A DNA stretch of 64,000 bases from an uncultured Gemmatimonadales bacterium (lineage in GTDB: Bacteria; Gemmatimonadota; Gemmatimonadetes; Gemmatimonadales; GWC2-71-9), in the NCBI GenBank assembly GCA_963795085.1, contig CAWCFX010000003.1, positions 32,001-96,000 of the forward strand, given 5' to 3'. The position numbers and the translations under genes are program-made. A model generated the notes under the pieces. The model was not told the origin of the DNA, did no database searches, and saw only the letters and a list, made by a program, of their open reading frames with translations. Within the stretch, counting starts at the first letter, position 1. Each line of letters opens with the position of its first letter. Below, piece after piece: positions 9,766 to 19,235 of the stretch.

Positions 9766-10686
9766 TCAATCCTGGTGACTCAGTACATCCCTTGCCTGCC
9801 GCCGATCGGCCTCCAGTTGCACCCGCAACCGCTCCGCCGAGTCGAACGTCATGGTGTCCCGCAGCCGCGCGGCCCATTCCACCCGGACCCAGTGCCCGTA
9901 GAGGTCGCCGTCGAAGCCGAAAAGGTGGGCTTCGATACTGCGCGACGTGTCGCCGAAGGTGGGCCGGGGTCCCTGGTTGAGCATCCCGCCAAAACGGCCC
10001 AGCCGCGTCTCCACCCACACCGCGTACACCCCGTCCGGGGGAAACAGCTTGTTGTCCGGCACTTCGCCCAGGTTGAGGGTCGGGATGCCGAGGGTGCGGC
10101 CCCGGCCCGCCCCCGCCACCACCCGGCCGGAGACCGAGTAGGGACGGCCCAGCAGCCGCGCCGCTCCCGCCAGGTCTCCCCCCATCACCTGCCGGCGGAT
10201 GTGGGTGCTGGACACCGGGTGGCCGCCCACTTCTACCGGGCTTACGATATCTACCGCGAAACCATCCTGCGATCCCAGCCGGCGCAGAGTGTCCGCGTCG
10301 CCGCTGCGGCCCCGTCCGAAACCGTGGTCGTGGCCGATCACCAGTTCCTTCATGTTGAAACAGCGCTGGAGGACATCGCGCACAAACTCCTCGGGCGCCA
10401 GCGCCGCCAGCCGGCGGTCGAAGCGGAGGAACACGACGTAGTCCAGTTCCGTTTGTGCCAGCACCTCACGGCGTTCACTGCGGCTGGTAAGGAGCGGGGG
10501 CGCCGCCTGGGGGTTCACCACCTCGAGCGGGTGAGGCTCGAAGGTCACCAGCAGGCTCTTTCGCCCCGCCGCCCGGGCCCGGTGCGCGATCTCCGCGAGG
10601 ACGGCGCGGTGCCCCGGGTGCACGCCGTCAAAGGAGCCCACCGTTACGGTCGTCCCCTGGGCCAGTTCCGGATATCGCCCCATCAC
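9766..10686 (-). CDS. ribF: Bifunctional riboflavin kinase/FAD synthetase
   Basis: GSFDGVHPGH, VSSTHIR, GRGRTLGIPTLN, IEAHLFGF. Confidence 0.95.
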   Translation of the reverse strand: MMGRYPELAQGTTVTVGSFDGVHPGHRAVLAEIAHRARAAGRKSLLVTFEPHPLEVVNPQAAPPLLTSRSERREVLAQTELDYVVFLRFDRRLAALAPEEFVRDVLQRCFNMKELVIGHDHGFGRGRSGDADTLRRLGSQDGFAVDIVSPVEVGGHPVSSTHIRRQVMGGDLAGAARLLGRPYSVSGRVVAGAGRGRTLGIPTLNLGEVPDNKLFPPDGVYAVWVETRLGRFGGMLNQGPRPTFGDTSRSIEAHLFGFDGDLYGHWVRVEWAARLRDTMTFDSAERLRVQLEADRRQARDVLSHQD

Positions 10687-11522
10687 CCTCCCTCCAGGAC
10701 GACCACCGGCCGCAGCAGGCCACCGTCGGTCCGGCCGATAGCAACCAGGGCGCCGTTCAGCACCAGTTGCAGCGCCTCCGCCGCGGCTGCCTCCCGGCGA
10801 ACCGGCCGGCCGTGGCGGATGTCGTTCGCCTCCGCGTCGGTCAGCTCGATCTGCGGAAGGTGCGCCAGCACCGACGCCACCGGGCGAAGGGCGGCCAGGT
10901 CCAGCCGGTCCAGCGGGACCGCGTCATCGATCCGGATGCCGCCGACCGCTTCCCGCCGCAGGCTGTCCAGGTGGCCACCCACGCCCAGCCGTTCACCCAG
11001 GTCCCGGGCCAGGGCCCGGATATACGTCCCGGCACTCACCTCGACCCGAAACGTCACCAGGGGCAGGGCGATCTCGAGGGGCTCGATCCGGTGCACCATC
11101 ACCTCGACGGGAGCCAACTCCACCGCCTCTCCCTTCCGGGCCCGACGGTAACTGCGCTCGCCGGCCACCTTCTTGGCGGAAAAGGCGGGCGGGGTCTGCC
11201 GCTGCGGACCGGTCATGCCGAGCAGGCACCCCGCCACCGCGTCCCAGGCCAGCGTGGCGGCATCGGATTCCGGACCGAGCCGGTCTCCGGTCCGGTCGTC
11301 GGTGGTAGTCCGGAATCCCAGGCGGGCAGTGGCCAGGTACAGCTTGCTCTGCTGCTGGACGAACCGGGCCAGCCGGGTCGCCCGGCCGATGAGGACCACG
11401 AGCAGTCCGGTGGCGAAGGGATCCAGCGTCCCCGTGTGGCCGACCGCCCGCGTTTTCAGCACCCGGCGGACCCGCGCCACCACGTCATGGGACGTGAGGC
11501 CCTCCGGCTTGTCGATCAGCAA
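10683..11522 (-). CDS. truB: tRNA pseudouridine(55) synthase
   Basis: DKPEGLTSHD, GHTGTLDPFATG, SAGTYIRALARD; true start may be CTG 11534. Confidence 0.96.
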   Translation of the reverse strand: MLIDKPEGLTSHDVVARVRRVLKTRAVGHTGTLDPFATGLLVVLIGRATRLARFVQQQSKLYLATARLGFRTTTDDRTGDRLGPESDAATLAWDAVAGCLLGMTGPQRQTPPAFSAKKVAGERSYRRARKGEAVELAPVEVMVHRIEPLEIALPLVTFRVEVSAGTYIRALARDLGERLGVGGHLDSLRREAVGGIRIDDAVPLDRLDLAALRPVASVLAHLPQIELTDAEANDIRHGRPVRREAAAAEALQLVLNGALVAIGRTDGGLLRPVVVLEGG

Positions 11523-11530
11523 CGCCCCGG

Positions 11531-11896
11531 TCAGCCCTGGTCCTCCGGCCTGATATCGGCCAGCAGCGCGTTGATGCGCGCCGCGTGCTCCAGCCCCCGG
11601 TCCAGCGCGAAGTGCAGTTCGGGCACGGTGCGGGTGCTCAGGGCCCGGGTGAGCTTCGTGCGGAGAAAGCCGCGGGCGCTCGCCAGGCCCTCCAGCGCCC
11701 GGATCTTCTCCTCCTCCTCGCCCATCACGCTGACCAGCAGCTTGGCATGGGAGAGATCGCCGCTTACCTCGACGCCGGTCACCGTCACGAAACCCACGCG
11801 GGGATCCCGGATCGCGGTCGCCAGCGCCTCCGCCACCACCTGCCGTACCGTTTCGGCGATCTGCTCCGGCCGCCGCCCGCCGCCTCGTTTCTTCAT
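11531..11896 (-). CDS. rbfA: 30S ribosome-binding factor A
   Basis: IRDPRVGFVTVTGVEVSGDL, VPELHF; canonical position. Confidence 0.95.
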   Translation of the reverse strand: MKKRGGGRRPEQIAETVRQVVAEALATAIRDPRVGFVTVTGVEVSGDLSHAKLLVSVMGEEEEKIRALEGLASARGFLRTKLTRALSTRTVPELHFALDRGLEHAARINALLADIRPEDQG

Positions 11897-11922
11897 ATCG
11901 CTACACCGGGCGATCTGCCCGC

Positions 11923-12204
11923 CTAGAAAAAAGTCGTCGCGCTATCAATGATGCGAACGCCGTCCGCCCGCTCCACCACCCGGTCCGCCGAGCGGAGCAC
12001 CTCCTCCGCCACGCGCCGCTCGCTCGCCACCGTAGTGCAGGCAATCTCGGCCCGCTGCCAGGCGTCCTGGTGGCCGGTTTCGGCCACCGCGATGTTCAGC
12101 CCGTGCCGGAGCGCGGCCTTGAGCGACTGCAGGATCGACCGCTTGTCCTTGAGCGAATGGCAGCCATGAAGCTGCAAGTCCCACTGGCGGATGCCGACAA
12201 TCAC
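11923..12204 (-). CDS. DUF503 (YlxP-like) protein
   Basis: HSLKDKR, NIAVAETGHQDAWQ; between infB and rbfA. Confidence 0.88.
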   Translation of the reverse strand: MIVGIRQWDLQLHGCHSLKDKRSILQSLKAALRHGLNIAVAETGHQDAWQRAEIACTTVASERRVAEEVLRSADRVVERADGVRIIDSATTFF

Positions 12205-12292
12205 GGGACGATGACCGATGGGTGATCAGCCATGAGCGAACGCCCTCACCCGGCTGCGCCTGCCCAGGGGCTTCTCTCCATGCGCCGATGAA

Positions 12293-15091
12293 TCAGACCG
12301 CCCCCGTCGTCGCCGACGATTCCAGGGTCCGTTTCACCTCTTCCAGGCGGAACGATTCGATCCGGTCGCCGACCTTGAGATCGTTGAAGTTCTCGATCCC
12401 GATGCCGCACTCGAGGCCTTCCCGAACTTCCCGGACATCGTCCTTGAAGCGCTTGAGGCTGGACAGAGCCCCGGTATAGACGGCCACCCCGTCGCGGACC
12501 ACGCGGCCCTTGGCGGTGCGCTGGATGGTGCCGCTTCGCACCGTGCAGCCGGCGATGGTACCGACCTTGCTCACCTTGAACAGCTGCATCACCTCGGCCT
12601 CGCCCAGCACGGTTTCCTTTTCTTCCGGCTTGAGCAGGCCTTCCAGCGCGTTGCGGACGTCCTCGACCGCCTCGTAGATGATGCGATAGGTCCGCACGTC
12701 CACCTGTTCCCGCTCCGCGGCGGCACGGGCGTTGGAATCGGGCCGCACGTGGAAGCCCAGCACCATCGCGCCGGAGGCCTTGGCCAGCAGGATATCGCTC
12801 TCGGTGATGGCCCCGACGCCGCGGTGGACGACGTCCACCCGGACTTCGTCGGTACCCAGCTGGGCCAGCGCGTCGGCCAGCGCTTCGGCCGGTCCGCCCT
12901 GGTCTGCCTTGATGATCAGCCGCAGCTGGCCGACCCGGCCTTCCTGCATGGCCCGGGAGAGATCCTCCAGCGTGCCCCCGCGCGTGGTGCGCCGGTTCTG
13001 CGCCTCCCGTTCCAGCCGCTGCCGCTTCTGGGCGATCTCCCGGGCCTCGTTCGCTTCCGCCACGACGGCGAAGTTATCGCCCGCGGCGGGAACGCCTTCG
13101 AAGCCGAGAATCTGCACCGGGATCGAGGGGCCCGCTTCCTTCACCGTCTTGCCGCGCTCGTCATACATGGCGCGGACCCGCCCGGAATACTTGCCGCAGA
13201 TGAAGTTGTCGCCCTGGCTGAGTTTGCCCTTCTGCACCAGGATGGTGGCCAGCGGACCCTTCCCAGGGTCCAGCGTCGCTTCCAGCACGGTCCCCTGGGC
13301 GGCCCGCTCGTGGTTGGCCTTGAGGTCGAGGATTTCGGCCTGCAGGAGCAACTGGTCGAGCAGCTGGTCGATGTTGGTGCCCTTCTTGGCCGAGATCTGG
13401 GTGGAGAGCACGTTGCCGCCGAACTCCTCCAACACCACGCTGTGCTGCAGCAGGTCCTGCTTGACCTTCTGCACGTTGGCCGAGGGAAGATCCACCTTGT
13501 TGATCGCCACGATCATGGGCACGCCGGCATTCCTGGCGTGGCTGATCGCCTCGACTGTCTGCGGCATGACCTGGTCATCGGCCGCGACCACCAGCACCAC
13601 GATATCGGTCACCTGGGCGCCCCGGGCCCGCATGGCGGTGAACGCCTGGTGGCCCGGGGTGTCGAGGAAGGTGATCGCCTTGCCGTTGGCCAGCTCCACG
13701 TGGTAGGCGCCGATGTGCTGGGTGATCCCGCCGGCTTCGCCGGCCACGATGTTGGCCTTCCGGATGTAGTCCAGCAGCGAGGTCTTCCCGTGGTCCACGT
13801 GGCCCATCACGGTGACGACCGGGGGGCGGGACGCGAGCGACCCTTCCGCCTCCGCTTCTTCCTGGGTCTCCGGCTGGGCGGCGTACTCCGATTCCCGCAC
13901 CGCCTCGAACCCGAACGCCGAGGCGATCAGTTCGATCTGGTCGAAGTCGAGGCGCTGGTTTACCGTGACCATGAGGCCCAGTTCCTTGAACGCGAACTGG
14001 ACGATCTGAGTCGCGGATACCTTCATGGACTCGGCCAGTTCGCTGACCGAGACGAACTCGTTCACATGGATCCGGGTCTTCTCCCGTTCCTTCTCCTGGG
14101 CGGCCAGGCCGGCCTGCACGTCCCGGTAGCTGGGTTCATCGGAGCGGCGGCCCTTGCGGCCTTCCTTGCCGCCGCGGACCTGCTGCATGGTCTTGAGGAT
14201 GTTGTCGCGCACCGCGTCCTGATCCACCTGCGACCGCTTGCCTTTCTTGCCTTTCTTGCGCCCGCCGCCCGGCTGGGCGTCGGGTCCGAAGGTCCTGACC
14301 GGTGAGTGGCGGGACTGGTCGCCGGGCCGGGCCGGCGGGCCGGAGCGTCCGGCGCCGCCGGGCCGGTCGGTGCGCTGCTGGGCACCGCCCGGTCCGCTGC
14401 TGCTGAACACGGGCTTGGGCCCCCGTGCCGGCGTCGAAGGGCGCGAACCGGCCGCCGGGCGCTGGATCCGCTGGGGTATGAAGGGCGCCCGGGTCGGTGT
14501 TGGCGCCGGCTCCCGGCCGGCGGTATCGGCCGGCCGGACCAGCGGCTCCCCTTCGGTCGCCGGGTCATCCGGCAACGGGGGAACGTCCTTGAACAGCGCG
14601 CGGGCCCGCTCTTCCAGCGAGGAGGGCAGGCTGGGCTCCGGGGCCTCGACCACAGTGCGATCAAACTCCAGGGCCATCAGTTCGGCTTCCTTTTCCTTCT
14701 CGGCCTGGGCCTGCGCCTCCGATTCGGCCACCTCGGCGGCCGTACGCCGGCGCCGGGCCGGCTTGGGTTCGGGCACGGCCGCGGGCGCTTCCGCCGCGGC
14801 CTTCGCGGAGCGGCGGGCCGGCTTGGCGGCAGCCTTCTTGGCATCCGTGGAGGGACCGGCCGCGGCTTTCGGCGCTTTGGCGGCGGTGCGCCGTCCCTTC
14901 TTGGGCGCCTCGTCCGCGGCCGTCTTCCGCTTTTCGCGTTCCCACCGGAGCCGGATCTTGGAGACCTGGTCGGCCTCCAGTGCGCTCATGTGGGTGCGCA
15001 CGAAGATGTTCATCTCCCGCAGCAGCCCGAGCAGCTGCTCCGCTTCGATGCCAAACTCCGCCGCCAGGTCGTGCACTCTCGTCTTGACCAC
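12293..15091 (-). CDS. infB: Translation initiation factor IF-2
   Basis: MGHVDHGKT, DTPGH, NKVD, SLKRFKDDVREV. Confidence 0.98.
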   Translation of the reverse strand: MVKTRVHDLAAEFGIEAEQLLGLLREMNIFVRTHMSALEADQVSKIRLRWEREKRKTAADEAPKKGRRTAAKAPKAAAGPSTDAKKAAAKPARRSAKAAAEAPAAVPEPKPARRRRTAAEVAESEAQAQAEKEKEAELMALEFDRTVVEAPEPSLPSSLEERARALFKDVPPLPDDPATEGEPLVRPADTAGREPAPTPTRAPFIPQRIQRPAAGSRPSTPARGPKPVFSSSGPGGAQQRTDRPGGAGRSGPPARPGDQSRHSPVRTFGPDAQPGGGRKKGKKGKRSQVDQDAVRDNILKTMQQVRGGKEGRKGRRSDEPSYRDVQAGLAAQEKEREKTRIHVNEFVSVSELAESMKVSATQIVQFAFKELGLMVTVNQRLDFDQIELIASAFGFEAVRESEYAAQPETQEEAEAEGSLASRPPVVTVMGHVDHGKTSLLDYIRKANIVAGEAGGITQHIGAYHVELANGKAITFLDTPGHQAFTAMRARGAQVTDIVVLVVAADDQVMPQTVEAISHARNAGVPMIVAINKVDLPSANVQKVKQDLLQHSVVLEEFGGNVLSTQISAKKGTNIDQLLDQLLLQAEILDLKANHERAAQGTVLEATLDPGKGPLATILVQKGKLSQGDNFICGKYSGRVRAMYDERGKTVKEAGPSIPVQILGFEGVPAAGDNFAVVAEANEAREIAQKRQRLEREAQNRRTTRGGTLEDLSRAMQEGRVGQLRLIIKADQGGPAEALADALAQLGTDEVRVDVVHRGVGAITESDILLAKASGAMVLGFHVRPDSNARAAAEREQVDVRTYRIIYEAVEDVRNALEGLLKPEEKETVLGEAEVMQLFKVSKVGTIAGCTVRSGTIQRTAKGRVVRDGVAVYTGALSSLKRFKDDVREVREGLECGIGIENFNDLKVGDRIESFRLEEVKRTLESSATTGAV

Positions 15092-15104
15092 TTGTCCTCC
15101 AGAG

Positions 15105-15172
15105 GATTGCTGATTTCAGACTTCAATTGACGATTGAACAATCGGCAATCGGCAATCGGTCATCGGCAATCG
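15105..15172. repeat. Heptamer tandem repeat (CAATCGG)x~5 with degenerate inverted copies
   Basis: 15139-15172 CAATCGG CAATCGG CAATCGG TCATCGG CAATCG; GATTG-type inverted units at 15105-15136. Confidence 0.85.
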
Positions 15173-15466
15173 TTATTCGGGCCGGTCATCCAGCCGCATG
15201 ATGCCATCCGCTAACGAGCGGTCCCGCACGCCGACCACCATCACCGGCGGCCGGCCCAGCCTGGTTCCCATCGCGTCCGCCGGGGGCCCCGGGACAATGG
15301 GGATCTCCCGGGCCCGGGCCAGTGCCACCACTTTCCCGACCGCCCGGGCACTGGCATCCGCCGCCAGCACCAGGCACCAGAACTCGTCCCGCTGCAATCC
15401 CCCGCGCACTCCGTCCACTCCGACCACCAGGTTGCCGGCCCGGAGTCCCAGTCCCAGCAGGCCCAT
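15173..15466 (-). CDS. Ribosomal L7Ae/YlxQ-family RNA-binding protein
   Basis: LLGLGLRAG.LVVG, VLAADAS, LGRPPV.VVGV.D; between nusA and infB. Confidence 0.85.
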   Translation of the reverse strand: MGLLGLGLRAGNLVVGVDGVRGGLQRDEFWCLVLAADASARAVGKVVALARAREIPIVPGPPADAMGTRLGRPPVMVVGVRDRSLADGIMRLDDRPE

Positions 15467-16788
15467 CAGGCGGTCGATGGGGTCTCCTCGCTGGTCTCTT
15501 CGTCGGTCAGCTCCGACAGCAGTGTCCAGAGCTGGTCGCTGGCCTCGGTCGTCATGCCGGGCAGCCGGGCGATCTCGTCGCGCTCCAGGTCCAGCACATC
15601 ATTGAGCGTGGTGTACCCGGCGGTATTGAGCAGGGTCACCAGCTCCGGCGAGAGCCCCTTGATCTCGGTCAGCGGCACCTTGGTGGCGTTCTCGTCCTCC
15701 GAGGGGAGCGGCGCAAAGAGCGGCCCTTCCCCGCCCCGCTCCAGCCACTCCCGGCTGGAGTAGAGGTCGATCTTCCACCCGGTCAGTTCGGAGGCGAGGC
15801 GGACGTTCTGCCCGTTCCGGCCGATGGCCAGCGAAAGCTGGTCCTCGTCCACGATGGCCTGGATGGTCTTGCTCTCCGGGTCGGAGAACACCTTGGCCAC
15901 CCGGGCCGGGGCCAGCGCCAGCCGGGCAAATCGTTCCGGGTCCGGCGACCAGGGCACGATGTCGATCCGCTCGCCGCCCAGTTCGTTGACCACCGCCTGC
16001 ACCCGCGATCCCTTGAGGCCGACACAGGCGCCGACCGGGTCGATGGCGTCGTCCCGGGAGATGACCGCGATCTTGGTGCGGCTGCCGACTTCCCGCGCCC
16101 AGGCCCGGATCTCGACGATCTGCTGCTGGATCTCGGGAACCTCCAGCTTGAAGAGCGCCTTGACGAACAGCGGGTCGCCCCGGGAGAGGATCAGCCGGGG
16201 GCCCTTGGGCGTTTCCTCGATCCGCTTCAGGACCGAGCGAATGGTGTCCCCCTGATGGAAATGCTCCCGGTGATTCTGCTCCCGGTAGGGGATGATCGCT
16301 TCGGCTTCGCGGAACTTGTTGAGCATGATCACCAGCTTGCCCCGCTCGATCTGCTGGACCTCGCCCGAGAGCAGCTCGCCCACCTTGCTGGTGAACTCCT
16401 CCCGGATCCGGTTCCGCTCGCCTTCGCGCACCCGCTGGATGATCCGCTGCTTGGCCGCCTGCACGGCGCCCCGGCCGAACTGCTCGAAGGGCACGTCTTC
16501 CTCGAGCATGTCCCCCACGGCGAACTCGGGATCGACGTACTGGGCCTCCTCGAGCGAGACATCGGCGCTGGTATCCTCGACCAGCTCGACGACCCGGCGG
16601 AGGCGCACCACCCGGATGGTACCCTTGAGCTCGTCCACCGTGATCTCGAACCGGACGTTGGGCCCGTACTTCTTCATGAGCGCCGCCTGGATGCCATCCC
16701 GCAGCAACTCAATCAGCTCGGACCGTTCCAGCTGCTTTACGTTGGTCAGCTCGCGAATCGCGGCCAACACCTCTGCCGAACCACTCAT
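15466..16788 (-). CDS. nusA: Transcription termination factor NusA
   Basis: FGRGAVQAAKQ, LEVPEI, DPVGACVG.KGSRV, AIGRNGQNVRLA. Confidence 0.97.
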   Translation of the reverse strand: MSGSAEVLAAIRELTNVKQLERSELIELLRDGIQAALMKKYGPNVRFEITVDELKGTIRVVRLRRVVELVEDTSADVSLEEAQYVDPEFAVGDMLEEDVPFEQFGRGAVQAAKQRIIQRVREGERNRIREEFTSKVGELLSGEVQQIERGKLVIMLNKFREAEAIIPYREQNHREHFHQGDTIRSVLKRIEETPKGPRLILSRGDPLFVKALFKLEVPEIQQQIVEIRAWAREVGSRTKIAVISRDDAIDPVGACVGLKGSRVQAVVNELGGERIDIVPWSPDPERFARLALAPARVAKVFSDPESKTIQAIVDEDQLSLAIGRNGQNVRLASELTGWKIDLYSSREWLERGGEGPLFAPLPSEDENATKVPLTEIKGLSPELVTLLNTAGYTTLNDVLDLERDEIARLPGMTTEASDQLWTLLSELTDEETSEETPSTA

Positions 16789-16869
16789 CAAGACCTCACC
16801 GTTGAGAAACCCGCACCCCAACCCGGACCGCCCCGCGCCAGTGCTCAGCACCCGATCTGCGGGCTGAGA

Positions 16870-17334
16870 TCAGTGCTCCCATTCGTACACCAGCGTCGCG
16901 TCCTTGATCTCCCGGAACGGGACCGTCGCTTCGTCGCCATCCTTGAACCGGAGCGTCACACAGTCGTCGCCGGGCACCGCCACGATGGTCGCGGGGGACC
17001 GCGCCGAATGGCGGCCCTTGATCCGCACCAGCCGGCCGGTGAACCGCCGCCAGTGATCCGGATAGACCACTGGCCGCTCCAGTCCCGGCGAGGACACCTC
17101 AAACACGTACCGCGGGCCGACCGCCCCGCGCGTCTCCAGGAAACGCTCGAGCGCCCGGCTCACCCGCGCACAGTCCTCGGCCGTAACCCCATGCCCGGGA
17201 CTGCTGTCGGGACGATCAATCCTTACCTGAAGCAGGGGACGCTGCGTCGAACCACCGCGCCGGAGGTCGACAAGCTCGAATCCAAGCTCCGCCACCTGCT
17301 GGCGCACCGGATGTAGGAGTTCGTCGATGGACAT
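16870..17334 (-). CDS. rimP: Ribosome maturation factor RimP
   Basis: DCARVSR, FEVSSPGLERP. Confidence 0.93.
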   Translation of the reverse strand: MSIDELLHPVRQQVAELGFELVDLRRGGSTQRPLLQVRIDRPDSSPGHGVTAEDCARVSRALERFLETRGAVGPRYVFEVSSPGLERPVVYPDHWRRFTGRLVRIKGRHSARSPATIVAVPGDDCVTLRFKDGDEATVPFREIKDATLVYEWEH

Positions 17335-17343
17335 GCGAGGCTG

Positions 17344-17370
17344 AAAAAAAATGTGGGGAGATCCCCACAT
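17344..17370 (-). promoter_or_regulatory. rimP leader terminator/attenuator hairpin
   Basis: Minus strand ATGTGGGG-ATCT-CCCCACAT followed by T7, about 10 nt upstream of rimP ATG. Confidence 0.75.
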
Positions 17371-17409
17371 CAGGCCAACACCCAGAAACCGGTCCCGCAC
17401 AGCACGCAA

Positions 17410-17439
17410 ATCTTAATGGCAAGGCGTGAAAGGGGGCAA
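17410..17439 (-). promoter_or_regulatory. Putative sigma70 promoter of the rimP operon
   Basis: TTGCCC-N18-TAAGAT. Confidence 0.5.
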
Positions 17440-17509
17440 GGGGCCAGGGGGTCTCTGGGCCAGGCAATGGGGAGACAAAAGGTCAGAATCAGGGGCCGGG
17501 CGGAGCCGA

Positions 17510-18277
17510 TCAGGTGGGGCTCCGGCCCAGATAGGCCACCATCCGCCCGTCAGCCCCGCGGGAGGCTCGATGGCTGAAGAACCGGTTCCGGTCATGGGCC
17601 GAACACCAGTCCGATGTGGAAATCTCACCCACCCCGAGTGCCTGGGCCTGAGCGACCAGCACATCACGAATGTCGGCATGGTGCGGTTCTCGGTCGCCCA
17701 AGGGGAGAGCCAAGCCCGTCATGACGTCAGAACCTACTTCATAGCAACTGCCACAAATTCCAACGCCACAGTGCATTACGATCTGTGATGGATTCGGCGT
17801 ATTTGTGTGGAAAAGACACCGGATGCCGGCGGCGAGTATCCCGGCCGCCGTTCCCCGCCAGCCGGCATGAAGCAGCGCGAGGCTCCCGGAAACCGGGTCC
17901 AACAGGTAGACAGGGATGCAATCGGCCACGGTGACATAGAGCATCAGGCCGGCGGCGGCGGAGGCGTGACCATCGGTGCCCTCGACCAAGGTCCACCCGG
18001 GGGCCGGTTGGTCGTGACGTGCCACCTGGGCCTGATGGACCTGGTGCCCCAGCACGTGAGCATGGAAGCCTGTCTCGGCCCGGTGCAGCGACCGCCAGCG
18101 CTCCATGACCTGGCCCACCGGCTGATCGGTCCAGAGGCCCAGGTCGAAGGGCACGTCCCCGGATCCCCGGCCCGTGATGCCGGCGACCACGCCGAAGCGC
18201 TCCCGCCACCCGGGAATCTCGAGCCGGGGCACCGGCCCGGGGGCCGGGGTCTCGCGACAGTGGGTTACCGGGGTCAC
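17510..18277 (-). CDS. pgeF: PgeF/YfiH (DUF152) family protein
   Basis: HQVH, TVADCIPV, HAGWRG, FFSHR...GRM; start approximate. Confidence 0.85.
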   Translation of the reverse strand: MTPVTHCRETPAPGPVPRLEIPGWRERFGVVAGITGRGSGDVPFDLGLWTDQPVGQVMERWRSLHRAETGFHAHVLGHQVHQAQVARHDQPAPGWTLVEGTDGHASAAAGLMLYVTVADCIPVYLLDPVSGSLALLHAGWRGTAAGILAAGIRCLFHTNTPNPSQIVMHCGVGICGSCYEVGSDVMTGLALPLGDREPHHADIRDVLVAQAQALGVGEISTSDWCSAHDRNRFFSHRASRGADGRMVAYLGRSPT

Positions 18278-18302
18278 CCAGGCACCGGGCGCTTCAGGGG
18301 CT

Positions 18303-19235
18303 TCAGCTGGCCTGCCTCCCCTTGGTGAGCAGCTTATCGGCGACGCTGGGCCAGTACACCGGGGTGAACTGGGGGAGGCCAAAGTGCTTCTCCGCCGCTT
18401 CCTCGAGCCGCTCCGCGTCCCGCCATCCCCCGTCCAGCAGCGCGGAGCGACGCATCGCCTTGGCGCGGCGAAGGGCCACCTCGCCGTTGGGATCGAGGAT
18501 GACAGCCCGGCCATTCTTGTCGGCCAGCATCTCCATGATGTACTCAAAGGCCAGCGAGAGGTGCCGCTGCACCACCAGGTCTTCCAGGCTCCACCGGCTC
18601 ACGTCGCTGGCGGCCTTCATACCGGTGCGCCAGGCGCGGCTCCGGGTCAAGTGCACCATGCCGCGGAACAGCGCCCGGTTGGTCTTGATGCTGAAAAGCG
18701 TCGGGCTGATAATCTGGTCCAGGTGGGCATCGGCCGGGGCGTGGTCCATCAGGATCAGGTCCCGCGCGTCGCGGGCGTAGTCATGATCCAGGTGGGTCTC
18801 GGCCCGGCTTTCCCAGTAGGAGTGACCCAGCGACGTGGTGCTGCTGGTCAGGACCAGCTGGCGGGGGACGAAATAGTTGTGGGCAATGGTATCGGCCGCC
18901 AGATGGGCGAGATAGCCGAGCCCAAACGCCCGGAGCGCGTCCGTACGGGCCAGATCATGGACTTCCTGGCCCACGTGCCAGGCATGGCAATGGCGGTTAA
19001 CGGGTGCGTACTTCTTGGCGAAGGAGGTATCGGCGGCGATGTTCCCATAAAGGAAATCATAGGGAAAGGCGCGAATCAGGTCCCCCATGCCGCCGGCCAG
19101 CGCCGAGGCGGAGTGGAGCACGGACTGGCCAAGGAAGATGTGGGTCCCCGGCGTCCAGGCGTGCGCTGATTCGGGGAGCGCCAGGAGGGCGACGCCGACC
19201 ACCAGGAACGCGGCGAGGAACCGGAGCACCGGCAT
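18303..19235 (-). CDS. Zinc-dependent phospholipase C / P1 nuclease-family protein, secreted
   Basis: Signal peptide ending AHA-W; WTPGTH, GNIAAD, GYLAHLAAD, GHSYWE. Confidence 0.75.
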   Translation of the reverse strand: MPVLRFLAAFLVVGVALLALPESAHAWTPGTHIFLGQSVLHSASALAGGMGDLIRAFPYDFLYGNIAADTSFAKKYAPVNRHCHAWHVGQEVHDLARTDALRAFGLGYLAHLAADTIAHNYFVPRQLVLTSSTTSLGHSYWESRAETHLDHDYARDARDLILMDHAPADAHLDQIISPTLFSIKTNRALFRGMVHLTRSRAWRTGMKAASDVSRWSLEDLVVQRHLSLAFEYIMEMLADKNGRAVILDPNGEVALRRAKAMRRSALLDGGWRDAERLEEAAEKHFGLPQFTPVYWPSVADKLLTKGRQAS

